Source: Pocillopora damicornis
Lineage: Eukaryota
DNA length: 64,000 nucleotides
Direction of reading: 5' to 3'
Assembly (NCBI RefSeq): GCF_003704095.1
Contig: NW_020844161.1
Span: 1 to 64,000 of the forward strand
Shown here: positions 52,795 to 64,000 of the stretch, piece by piece
How positions within the stretch are numbered: the first letter of the stretch is position 1
Layout: each line of letters begins with the position of its first letter
Notes under the pieces: model-generated
Databases searched by the model: none
Told to the model about the DNA's origin: nothing
The model's input: only the letters and a program-made list of their open reading frames with translations
Program-made: the position numbers and the translations under genes

Positions 52795-54035
52795 CTGTCA
52801 ACAAATGACGACAGTTAGCGTATTGAACAAGTATTCAGCTGCTTTATCAATCTAAACGCATTATCATTTTCATCAATACTTTTAACCAGCTAGAGATGTT
52901 TTGGAAAGAACCAATCAAATCCAATTCTAAATCTCGCTCTTCTTTTGCTGATGTCTGTAAAAACATCCATCTATGATTTCTCCAATTACATCCTTCTTAT
53001 AGGGATCCCGATAAACTTGTTTGATTCTCTTTTTACCGTTTACGACTAATTTGCGATATGTGAGTGCCTTTGTTATTTTGTTTGGTTACGTTTTATAGTT
53101 ACGGGCAAAAGATACAAAACAACATAAAATTGTTTTTTTATGTTCTACATGATTTCTTAGATCATACCAGCTGAGGAACTCGTTTTGTTTAAGATACTAT
53201 GTTTTCTCTTCGGTGTTCCATATTAATGCCTAAAATAAGTTAAGGAGCTGCTCAATATTACATGTAACTGGTAAAATTATATTCGGTCAAGTGAAGTTGC
53301 AGGTTGGACGGAAACTTCCCTGAAAACGGTAACTTTATCTGTTTTAGTATGGGCTTATCCCAGCGAAATGAAAACAAACGATGGGAATTTAAAAAATGCT
53401 GCCATTTTGCCTCGATAGTGATATTATGGAAATATTATCACTCCTATCCCTTTTTCGCGCCTAAAATTTCTAGCGTGTTAGAAGCATTTGCACTCATTCT
53501 GTCGCTATGTCCACTCCATGAGTTCAGTTTAGCATGCGCAAATGAATACGCTATGTTTAGGCTTATATTGCCAGGTATAATCATGATATAAAATCTATAT
53601 CCTGTTTAAAATAATTTGTCTGAGACTTTAGAAGAGATAATCAAAAGGGAATCGGGATGTTAGTCTTCTGTTCAAGCTTTATGAAGCATAATTTGCATGC
53701 TTTATAGTCAGTGANNNNNNNNNNNNNNNNNNNNNNNNNNNNNNNNNNNNNNNNNNNNNNNNNNNNNNNNNNNNNNNNNNNNNNNNNNNNNNNNNNNNNN
53801 NNNNNNNNNNNNNNCTGATTCATGATCAGTTTTCGAACCAACCTCGTTCTTTTTGAGGGGTAATTTTTACGTCGTAACTCTGAAGTGTTCGTTTAATCTT
53901 GGTAACTGTGATTTTACCGTTATGTCCGATCCAAATGAAATATTCCTCGTTGCTAAAACAACTGACTTAACCATTTCAAATTTGAAGCCTTTGATGAAGA
54001 ATTTTAACCGCCATCACTTTCTTTCCTCATTTTAG

Positions 54036-54150
54036 AGTGCCCAGACCCCTGTGAATGTAACGTCTCCCACCAAACTAGAATTAGTGTGAATTGTAGTGGA
54101 AAAGAATTTAATTCAATTCCATGGAAATTTCCGCTTGCCATGTCAAAATT
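54036..54150 (+). CDS. LRR N-terminal cap (LRRNT) exon (E)CPDPCECNVSHQTRISVNCSGKEFNSIPWKFPLAMSK(L)
   Basis: ctttcctcattttag|...|gtgagt; 115 nt, phase 1-2. CPxxCxC..VxCxxxxxxxIP..P pattern of extracellular LRRNT; the 3' phase matches the LRR exons. Confidence 0.9.
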
Positions 54151-54639
54151 GTGAGTACCACTAAACAGTTTTAAACACCAAGAAAAAAATTGGTCAAGAG
54201 GAATGATTCTACACTAAAAGCCTTTTTTCGTAAAGGAATCCCTCTCATGCTATCGTAGGTCTACTTCCCCCCTTAAGGCCATTCTCAAATGAGGTCCTTT
54301 CACGCCATTGTAGAACTCAAATCAACTAGGACAACCCCAGGACAATGTATAATTTACCATGACTGATAGACGAGTTGTGGCAATTCGTTAAGCTGGGCAC
54401 AATGCTCTACACAGGATTGGCTGCATCTGCTTAGAGTCTACAAGAAAGGATGTGATCTCAAAATAATTTAAGAGAGATCGGCTCAAAAATGAGGCTATTA
54501 TATGGGATTTAGTCACTTAACTTGATACTCTCTTAAACCTAGTGACGTGCATGTCCTAAACCGTGCGCGTTAAATATCCAGCTTTTAGCATAATAACAAT
54601 GTGGAAAATGAGGGATTTGCTTTATAGGATCAACCAAAG

Positions 54640-57600
54640 TGTAAGTTGTTAGTGCAAAATTTGTTCTTGTTGGATTCTTTGCGTGTTCAAAGTTCATTAT
54701 TTAAGTCTTTTCACCCGGTAACCGTAGCGAAAGTTTATACTTATTGTTTCATAACAATAAGCCACAAATTTCGCGTAGTGCAGTTTCATCATTAAAAATT
54801 GATGCGGGTCACGCTGTTCCATCATGAGTAACAGGACTAGTCAGTTTACGGAGCCAATTGGTCGACAAGTCGGTGCTCGTGTGCAACAACCGAGCTGTAT
54901 ATTGGACTTGAAAGCCGTTAAGCTGGAAATAATTTGCTCAAAGAAAAATTCGAGATCAGTTTACGCATCCACCGTTACTGCGAAATCGAGCAAAATTATT
55001 GGTTTGATATCAGATGACCGGAACCTTCAAGAAGTGAAAGAGAAGCTTATTAATGTGGATAACGCTTTCCAAAGACTCCAGGAAGCTCATTACGATTATA
55101 GCAGCGAGAGTATGGACGAGGATGGCATCCCTAAGTACCAGCTTTATCTCGGAAGTGAAGAAAGAAAATTCGGCTTATTCCTTCAGCAGATTGTCGACTG
55201 GATAACTGTGACTGAAGAGAAACTCCTCGCAGACTCGCTTCAACTAGATTCAGTTGTAAAACCTGAAGACTCAATAAGCTTTGCTGGCGCGTCAGAACCA
55301 TGAAAGGCATCAAGAGCTTTTAATGCTTCTAAGCTTTCAAAACTTTCAAGTGGAGCAAGTTCGCGTGGTAGCCGCGCCTCATCAGTCGCACTTGCTAGAG
55401 CCAAAGTCGCCAAATTGAGGGCCGAAATTGCCATGCTTGAAAAACGTCAAGCTCTCGAGGAGAGGGTTTCTTTTGAAACAGGAAGAGTTCTGCCTTGCGT
55501 TGGAAGCTGAAATGGCGAGAATCAGCAAAGGAGAGAGAGCCCTTGCTGCGGAGAATCAGCCAAGGAGAGAGCCCTTGCTGCGATGAACACCCCATTTTTA
55601 CCGCAGCTATGGCCAGTCAAATTGGAACTGCGGTTCAATGAGGACTATCCAAGAAGAAGTTCCATGTTCAAAACAGGGTGATCCTTGTAATTTTATTCTA
55701 CGTGGCCCACATAGTCTTTCTGCGCCCACAGCCAGTGAAGATTTGAGGAGAGAGACCATCGAATTACTACGACAACAGAACGCCCTTCAGCTTCAACAGA
55801 ACAGGATAGTTGAGTAACTGGCACTGAATCAGAATAGAAGCAAACTTCCGCAACTTAACGTTCCCGTCTTTGACGGAAATCCCATTGGTTACCGCACCTT
55901 CGCTCGAGCTAACGAGAGTTTAATTGAGTCTAGAACATTTAGCAGTACCGACAGGCTGTACTTCTTGGAGCAGTTCATGGCGGGAGATGTTCAAGAACTT
56001 GTACGATCCTGTCACCTGCGTGCTCCTTAGAAAGAAATTTGGCGATGAATAATACATAGCATTCGCTTACGAGACAAAAGCTTTAGACTGGCCAAACATA
56101 AGAGCTGAGGATAGTATGGCTTTAGACTGCTTTTCGATCTTTTTGGCAAGCTGTAAAGGCGCTCTGGCAGGAAGTCGAGAAAGCTTAAAGTTCGATTAGA
56201 CGGGAAACATTTAAAATTTTGTGCTCAAGCTTCCTTACAATTTGAGAGAGAGATGGCGTCGTACAACCAACGACATTATGGAGTTACAGTCAAAGCCTGT
56301 GGACTTCAGCAACCACATTGCTTTTGTTGATCTGGAAGCTAACATGGTAACCAATCCAGTCTTTGGCAGGATCTCTGACAGCATTAAACCAGCGACTGGT
56401 CAGAGATCATGTGGTGGCAAGACAGCCCCTAAAAGAGCCTGAAAATATCAGTTTACTGACGCAAATAGACGGATGTGAATGTTTCTCTAGCGAGACCGAG
56501 CACTCGTGATTATCGAGAACAGAGTTTGCAGTCTAGCGAGGTACAAGTATCGCAAAAAGCGTTGGTGTCTCTATTGTAACAGTAACCGTGCCCTTGAAGA
56601 TTGTCTGTCATTGGGTGGGAATCCGTACCAAAAATTAATATAGTTTCTGGCGTCCAACAAACTGTGCTTCGTGTGCCTCTCCAATCAGCATATATCCTGA
56701 TTGCCATTGATGTTCCCCAAGTCCTTGATCCAGTCAAGACGGAGGTCCATACGCTTCAAACATGTATCCGCTGGGCGGTAAACGGACACTTAGGTCATCA
56801 TTGTCACGATTCTCAGGCATCAGGCTTCTTCGCTAAAGCCGATCTTCAGCTCCAACGGCCGGTAGAGGACTTCCACAATCAGGACTAGAAATGGTAGAGT
56901 TAAGAAATGGACACTATCAAATCTCTTTACCATTCAAAAATCGTTAGGCCTCAGTACCAAACGACATTTCTAAGGCTACGCAGCGCGCAAACTGGTTGAA
57001 AAGGAAACTGGAAAGAGAGCTAAGATTGTTGGAAGGTTACAAAGCCTTCATGGAAAACGTTGTGTCTGAGGATTAAGCATGTAAAGTTCACCCTGATTAG
57101 AATAATCTCGAACAAGGCAGAGCTTGGTACATACCCCATCGTGGAGTATATCATCCCCCCAAACCGGAGAAAATTTGGGTCGAATTTTTCACTCCGTAAC
57201 ACAGCAGAAGATAATCAGCTCAGCTTTCGTCCAAGCGTCATAAACATTTGAAAGGAACTTCTATGTGGACGACTGTTTAAAGTCCTTCCCTTCCAACGCT
57301 ATTCAACACGTTGACAGTTTACGAGTCCTACTTTCACGTGGTGGTTTTTAAGATAAGCAAATGGATCAGCAACAGCCGTAACGTCCTTGAAACCATTCCT
57401 GAGTTGGAGCGATCAAAAGACATAAAGAACATTTACACACGTAAGGACGAATAACCTGTTCAGTGAGGTTTTAAAGTACAATGGGGCGTGGTGTCCGACT
57501 CGTTTCGCTTTAAAGTCTGTATTAACTCCAGTCCTTCAACGCGCAGAGGTATCCTGTCCGTGGCCGGTAGTATCTTTAATCCCTTAGGTTTCCACGCATT

Positions 57601-60253
57601 CTTCGTTCTCACTGCAAAAGAAATTCTTCAAGACCTGTGTCGTATCAAGGTAGGGTGGGATGATGAGATCCCGGATGAGTACAGTTCGCGTTGGGAGAGT
57701 TGGTTAGTGGATCTTCTAAAGCTTTCAATTCTTACTGGAAGTCGCTGTTTAAGCGGATTTTGGTCAAGTCAAATAAAGTCAACTTCATCATTTCTCGGAT
57801 GCCTCTGAAGCTACCTTCGGCTGAGCGTCCTACCTTCACTTGGTCAACAATAAAGGCAAGGTTCATTGTCCTTTCCTTTTAGGAAAATTGCGCGTTGCCC
57901 CCTTGCAAGCCGTTTCGGTTCTACGCTTAGAACTCTCAGCCGCGACCGTTTCTTTACGCCGGGACAAGATTGTCAAGAGAGAGTTAGATATGCCACTGAA
58001 TGTTGATTCCGTACTTTGGACAGACAGCATGTCAGTTCTTCGTTTTGTGAAGAATGAGAAAACGCGTTTTCACACGTTCGTTGCCAACTGAATCGCAATG
58101 ATACTAGATGGTTCAACTCCTCATGAGTTACGTTATGTAAAAGTTGCAGCGACTCCCGGTGATTATGGGTCAAGAGGGACGACCGCCGAAGCCTTGATGA
58201 CTTGCCAAAGATGATTAATGGGCTAAACTTCCTATGCAAGGCGGAAGGAGATTGGCCTCAGGACCCTTCGTCGCTCGTTACTATCCCAGAAGGAGATGGC
58301 AGTCGGCAAGCTCTTCTTGGCGTCGATATTTGAGTCTGTTTACCCTTTGGTCGAGTACTTTTAGATAACATTTTACCGGCATCGCCTGAAAAAGTCAGTT
58401 ACGTGGTTGTTACGATACCGTAAAAACTTGCGAAGCTTTGGAAAGCGCGAGAAACCAGCAAAGTCGCTTGAATCTGTCCTTACCAGCTCTTTGCCTTTGG
58501 TCATTGTTGACGAGATGGAATTCGCAGAACTATAGATCCTCAAGAGTGTACAGAAGTTTAATTTTCAGGAAAAACTCGAGTCGCTTAACAAAAGTGAGAG
58601 TGAAGGGCACGTAGTTCTCTTCAAAGCTTGGATCTCATCTTAATGAATGATTTGATGCGTGTCGGTGGGAGATTGAACTTGGCGTCCATAACATTTGAGG
58701 CTGAGTATCAGATTATTCTGCCCAAGAACGACCACGTGACCAACCTCGTAATTGAGCATTATCATCTGCTCTCTAGGCACTCTGGCAGAGATTTTTGTCT
58801 GAAGTCTGGCGCGCGAGAAGTTTTTGATCATGAATGCCAGTTCCGTCGTAGGAAGAGTCCTCTCCAAGTGTATTGACTGTCGGCGCCGCCAAGGCCCAGT
58901 CTATGAACAGAAAATGGCTGACCTCCCTGTTAGATCGTCTGACTCCTGAGCGACCACCCTTTACGTCCGACGTCCGTTGGGATTTCCACGTACTTAGCTA
59001 TCCGTGCGGAACACATGAAGATCGCACACAGCTTGGAAACAGATTCTCTTTTGATGGCCTTAAGACGATTTGTAGGGAGAAGGGGCCAAGTAAGAGAGAT
59101 CAGATCGGATAATGGTACCAACTTTACTGGAGGTGAGCGAGAACTTAGGGAATCCATCAATGCATGGAATCACAGCAAAATCCATGAGGCTCTACTACAG
59201 AAGAATACCAAGTGGATATTTAACCCCCAAATCGGTCAAATTTCGGAGGCGTTTGGGAAAGCTGTATTCGCACATTCTAAAACGAGGATTCTTTGTGGCG
59301 ACGCAGGTGGAGACAAGAACAATATCTTGCCGAAACTTTTTGGAAAAGATGGTCTGGAGAATATCTGCCCCTGCTTCAGAGCAGACAAAAATGGACATTG
59401 CTTTGTAAAAATCTAGCCGTTGGAGATATTGTCCAGATCAGCACAGAAAATTCACCTCGCAACACGTGGCCTCTTCGTAGGTTTTTCGAAGTTCTCCTCG
59501 ACAGGAAAGCTTTGGTTCGATGTGCTAAGGTGAAAGTAAAGAGAACTGTTGTGGAGAGACCGATTGATAAACTGTGCCTGCATTTGGAAGCTTGAGCTTT
59601 CCCACCGAAATGACTTTCCTGTATCTCACGACTGCATCTAATCGAGGACTCTTGAAAGAGATACTTAGAACTAATTCAATTAAAACATAAGTGCTTCGCA
59701 CGCACTCCGCAATTAGGGGCCGGTATGCAAGTTCCAAGTGCGACACTTTATCGTGTTGGATTCTTTGCGAGTTTAAAGTTCTTTATTTAAATCTTTTCAC
59801 CCCGTAACTAGCAAAAGCTCATACTTATTGTTTCATTTGCGCCTTTTTTGTCATTTTATTGCCACCTTGTGGCCGTCTTCTTGCTACTTCGCATAATTTA
59901 TCGATGTACATACAACAGTAATATGCCTGTTTTCTCGTTTTTCACGCTAAGTGCAGTTCAGTAACATATCGCCGTTTTCGCTCGTCCTTTTCCTTCTCGT
60001 TTTTTTTGCCATTGCAGTTTTGCAATTTCAGTATCAATCTTGATCTTTTCTGTGGCCTTAACAGTGTAAGTGTTTAATAGTCCTCTTTCCGTCGTGTTGT
60101 TTGTTATTTCTTTATATCGCATATTGTTTGTTATTTTAGTTTCAACCTCCGTCGTGTACGCCGTTGAGAAATTAAAGTGAATTGTAACAGTTATTTCTAC
60201 GAGACGTGGAGTTGTTTATTCGGTGGCCACAGATTTCGGGTGGTGCAGTTTCA
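54640..60253 (+). mobile_element. Full-length degenerate BEL/Pao LTR retrotransposon inside the intron after LRRNT
   Basis: LTRs 54640-54788 and 59726-60253 (TG..CA); imperfect 5-bp TSD caaag/ctaag. Gag LPQLNVPVFDGNP; RT NFYVDDCL; TRRGILS..IFNPLG and LRLELSAA; integrase IRSDNGTNF; FWKRWSGEYLPLLQSRQKW and RPIDKLC. Confidence 0.9.
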
Positions 60254-61235
60254 CTAAGAGTGCAATTAGTTGTGAAGCCACGCTAACGAAGAATCTACAC
60301 TGAACTTAAGTTATAACTCTCAATTTTAAACAAAGGTCGCAGCACGCGAAGCTGAAAACGTCCCGTATTACCTCACTGAAAAACATAAACTTATCAGTCC
60401 AGTTTAGTTCGTCTACCGATGTGGCGACGAATTTACTTTGCGCTACTTTTTCACCAGCGTAATAATTGACCAGAAATCAATTGAACTATCCTCATGTCTG
60501 GGATACACAACATTATATATATGGCGAATACAAATAAAATTAAATTCTTCGACAGAGAAATTTGAACTATAAACAATTACTTAATACCAAAGGAAGTAAA
60601 AGAACGCCAATCATAAGAAGCACTGCATGAGCCAATTGCTAGTGCTGCTCTGACCATTGCAAAGACTCAGTGGCCAACTGGTGCGGTTGTTTGACTCCAG
60701 ATTGACAGATCCGGGTTTATACCCAGGCCAGCTCATTGTGTTTTGTTGTTAGGAAAAAAATTGTGCTTTCCAGCCAGGGGCTAAAACCAGAGACGACGAA
60801 AACTACATACACACCGAAAACTACCGATGAAGTTCCCGGCAATGGGCTATCGTTCCCTCTAAGAGGAGTACCTTTACTTCCAGTCTCCCAATGCTTCAGA
60901 AGTGACAAAAAATCTGCGGTAATGGATCATTAGGCTAGCGAGAGTAACCTATGATTCAACACACGGTCAGACAACGCGTGATCATCAACATAATCATGCT
61001 ATGTTCTGTGTTAATATTCCTTTAATTTCCAAGTGTGGTAAAAGGCACTAAAATACTCTATATTAAGGTTTCATAGAAGTATTGGGTCCACGACTTATAA
61101 GTTATCTATTGGTTGCTTTCTTTATATATTTCCTTATAGTTTTGACTATGAAGAGATTAAACGTTCAAGTGTCGTTCCTATCGTAACGGTTTTATTCAGC
61201 ATGTACTTTAAACGTTACTAACGATATCTTGGTAG

Positions 61236-61307
61236 GTACTTAAGCAACAACAAGCTGAAGGACTTGCCCAATGGCATCTTTAGTAATTATACCCAGCTGG
61301 AATGGCT
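61236..61307 (+). CDS. 72-nt single-LRR exon YLSNNKLKDLPNGIFSNYTQLEW(L)
   Basis: atcttggtag|...|gtaagc, phase 2-2. Confidence 0.9.
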
Positions 61308-62157
61308 GTAAGCCAAGACTCGTTTTTATCGATCATAAAGTGATTAATAAAATCAGTATTTAACACTTTCGTTATGATTCTTGATAGGAATGTGAGTAGC
61401 AATAAGCTAAAGAAGTCCTCTCCGAGTAATCTACGGTTGTAATGCCGAGCCTTTCTAGCTCCCAAAAATCATGTTCAGCTCCTCCCAACCTTTGCATGAA
61501 CTCCTTAAATATACCTGAACTCATTACTTCAGTCACAGTGTCAGTGACACTGACTGACGTATGATCATGTAGCCCGATCGTCCGGGTACGGGTAGTCCTA
61601 AGAAGGAATGTTATTGACCGGCAACAATTCTTCCATCGACCCATACGGTGACCTCCGCCGGACTTATCAAACCGTTGGACACTGGTTCCGAAAATTACTA
61701 CGGGAGTGAAATTACAAAGGGGAAAACTTCCAGTTCCCCTCGACCGCATCACTGGTGATCTTTGGTGTCACTGATCTCGGGAGAGGAAACAAATTTCTAG
61801 GATTAGTTTTTCCTCAAGAAAATGAAAAGTGCCCCTACCTCCCTGCCCTGCTATTTACCCAAAACCCGTCCTCCTTTAGGCTCCTAGTTTATGTAGAGCT
61901 TCCCAATCTAAGAATTAAGGCACAGTCCCCAAAAATAAAAATACTCAACGTGAAAATGGAACATGCACACTTGCACTTCTGGTTAAGCACAAAGTAGGTT
62001 AGATTCATGGCTGATGGAAAATAAAGGATTACGTACCCTTTTTGAGCACCTAAAACAAAGCATGCAAGGAAATACTGCATTACCGGATAAACTCCTTAAT
62101 TTAACGTTATTATCGAATAAATCGTAATGACCACCACCCTCCGTCACTTTTTGGCAG

Positions 62158-62229
62158 GGAAATGAACAACAACCTGTTGAAGGAATTACCATCAGGCATA
62201 TTGAGTAACAATATCAAGCTGTCCATTCT
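62158..62229 (+). CDS. 72-nt single-LRR exon EMNNNLLKELPSGILSNNIKLSI(L)
   Basis: cactttttggcag|...|gtaagt, phase 2-2; resembles the S-type exons. Confidence 0.9.
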
Positions 62230-62399
62230 GTAAGTTAGGGCCCTTTCTTCTTTTGTAAAGAATGCCTTAAATTCATCTCACACTGGGCAAGATACCAACA
62301 GATCAGAGCACGCTAACTCTTTACGGTAAACATTCATAGTTCTGATCAGACAGAGGCACCGAAAATGAAAGATTAAAACAGAGATTAAATGAACCAATC

Positions 62400-63224
62400 A
62401 AAGTGCTTACAAGAATACATTTGCTGGAGAGTGTAGAACCAGGATAAACAATCTGATCTAAGAACAATATCTTGTGGGATCTCTCGGGGTTCAACTCTGG
62501 GTCCACTTTTAATTTTGGCGTCAATTAATGATTTGCCAAATGCCTCAAACACACCACACCTCGAATGCTTGCTGACGATATCTGCATAACAGCCAACGGT
62601 AAAAGTATTGACGAAATCGAATTGGGGCTTAATGAAGACTTAGGTAAAATTAGATTATGGCTACAAGCAAATAAGCTCAGCCATAACGTTGCGAAGACAG
62701 AATATATGTTCATCGGTTCACGTCAAACATTGGCTAGGCTTTCCTTTGAACCAAACGTTTGCATTGGAAGAGATCCCCATCAAAAGAATCAAATATACCA
62801 AAACACTCGGAGTTTACGTTGATGATTCTCTAACGTGGAGCAAGCATGTAGAAGAATTATCTAAAAATATTACACCAGGAGTTAGTGCTTTAAAACGGCT
62901 CAGATATTTTGCAAGTCAAGATGTACTGTTTCAGTTCATAATGCACTAATTATGCCTCATTTTGATTATTGTTGTAAGGTTTGGGATGTATTAGGTGTAC
63001 TAGTCGAAAGGCTGCAGAAACACCATAACAGATGTGCTAGGGTAACTATGCGTTACAAAAACGAGGCTAGAAAGTCTGAATTAGTCCTACATCATCTTGG
63101 CTGGAGTTTACTGAGCGAACAAAGAATTCTTACTAAGGCTTTAAGGTTCTCCAAGACTTGGCAACTGCGCAGCTTTCGAATATTTTCAGGGACTCATGCT
63201 CGAACAACAATTATCATTTAAGTA
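62400..63224 (+). mobile_element. CR1/L2-group LINE RT 3' fragment
   Basis: GSTLGPL, MLADDI, WLQANKLSHNVAKTEYMFIGSRQ, KTLGVYVDDSLTW, PHFDYC; frameshifted. Confidence 0.8.
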
Positions 63225-63419
63225 NNNNNNNNNNNNNNNNNNNNNNNNNNNNNNNNNNNNNNNNNNNNNNNNNNNNNNNNNNNNNNNNNNNNNNNNNNNN
63301 NNNNNNNNNNNNNNNNNNNNNNNNATCTGGTTAATATGGCTGTTCATCTCCTTCCCTCGGTTTGTATTAAATTTGAGTTGAGATCGTACATATAAGCAGA
63401 ACAGCTTCTTGTAAGCGCT

Positions 63420-64000
63420 TAAAGACTAAAGTACTGTTATTTCACTTAACTTTGTCATAGAAACGGAGCCACGGTAGTTTCTTAAAGAGTTTCACACTGT
63501 TGGACCTTATGTCAGCTTCTCGGGCAGCGCGTTTTTGAAGCTTGAAGACTCTCGTTATGTTATCCCTTGAAAGGTTCCACCAAACAGTTGATTCCTATAA
63601 TATTGGTTGTTGTATCATTGCGTTGTAATATGGTATGCCCTGTTCAGTGGGGAGGAATCTTCTTATCTTCCTATACACTGCTTTTTTTTGGGGTTGTTTC
63701 TTACACAGGCGTTCAACGTGAATATTAAAGCTTAGGTGTCGGTCAATGGTAAGCCCTAGGAGTTTCTGACTCTCCACCTGTTCTGCATTTGAGTTCCCAA
63801 GATGAAGATTTAATGAACCATCGACGATCCTATTTGTAAGGCATTTCCCGGTCACTAAGAGACATTTCGTCTCAGCGGCGTTCGTGACCATGTTGTTGCC
63901 AGCCAACCACTGCGAAAGGTCATCTAGGTCTTGTTGAAGGGCTGATGTAAGGCCAAGAGTCCATTTGTCATGTCGGATGAGAAACTGAGAGTGGTGTCGT
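63420..64000 (-). mobile_element. CR1/L2-group LINE RT 3' fragment (different family)
   Basis: NNMVTNAAETKCLLVTGK..QKLLGLTIDRHLSF..IRRFLP..YYNAMIQ. Confidence 0.75.

Larger units (their letters stand above)
23270..53714 (-). repeat. Tandem segmental-duplication array: ~5-kb monomers (X module + deleted Gypsy + Y module + LRR exon) with ~10-kb higher-order period; interrupted at 29904-35900
   Basis: 24580-27250 matches 43045-47130 (minus the ISL2EU insert); 39540-42480 matches 50395-52880; 37780-38600 matches 48660-49680. X module at ~23780, 38040, 39255, 49270, 53055. Y module (aagacagggtaaacagaa...ttgaacgagacaacgagacgc) at ~26.3, 29.0, 41.1, 46.2 and 51.4 kb. Confidence 0.85.

Noticed and set aside
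60465-60500. LTRNQL LRR-like hexapeptide on plus
   Set aside because: No suitable acceptor and no continuation of the LRR consensus.
1-64000. CRISPR arrays, rRNA or prokaryotic operons
   Set aside because: None seen; spliceosomal introns and eukaryotic TEs occur throughout.

Overview
Gappy draft eukaryotic genomic DNA, AT-rich, with many N gaps (several are 100-N placeholders of unknown size and orientation). The transposon and SINE content looks anthozoan (stony-coral-like); this is inference. 1-23 kb is a transposon graveyard: a SWIM-domain (ISL2EU-type) fragment, three Sola3-like transposase relics (a further Sola3-like N-terminal relic lies at ~30 kb), Ty3/Gypsy halves with a ~118-bp LTR, and CR1/L2-type LINEs. 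The main signal is not in the ORF track. Eight intact 72-nt phase-2 exons each encode one 24-aa extracellular LRR, and there is one LRRNT exon. Six LRR exons lie on the minus strand (33.2-52.8 kb); the LRRNT and two LRRs lie on the plus strand beyond a 100-N gap. Four of the minus-strand exons sit one per ~5-kb tandem unit (~10-kb higher-order period). Each unit is built from the same internally deleted Gypsy relic plus conserved flanks. Between paralogous exons the hydrophobic core is conserved and the exposed beta-strand residues differ. A full-length BEL/Pao relic and LINE fragments fill the plus-strand introns. Family assignments come from motif recognition by eye, not from database searches.
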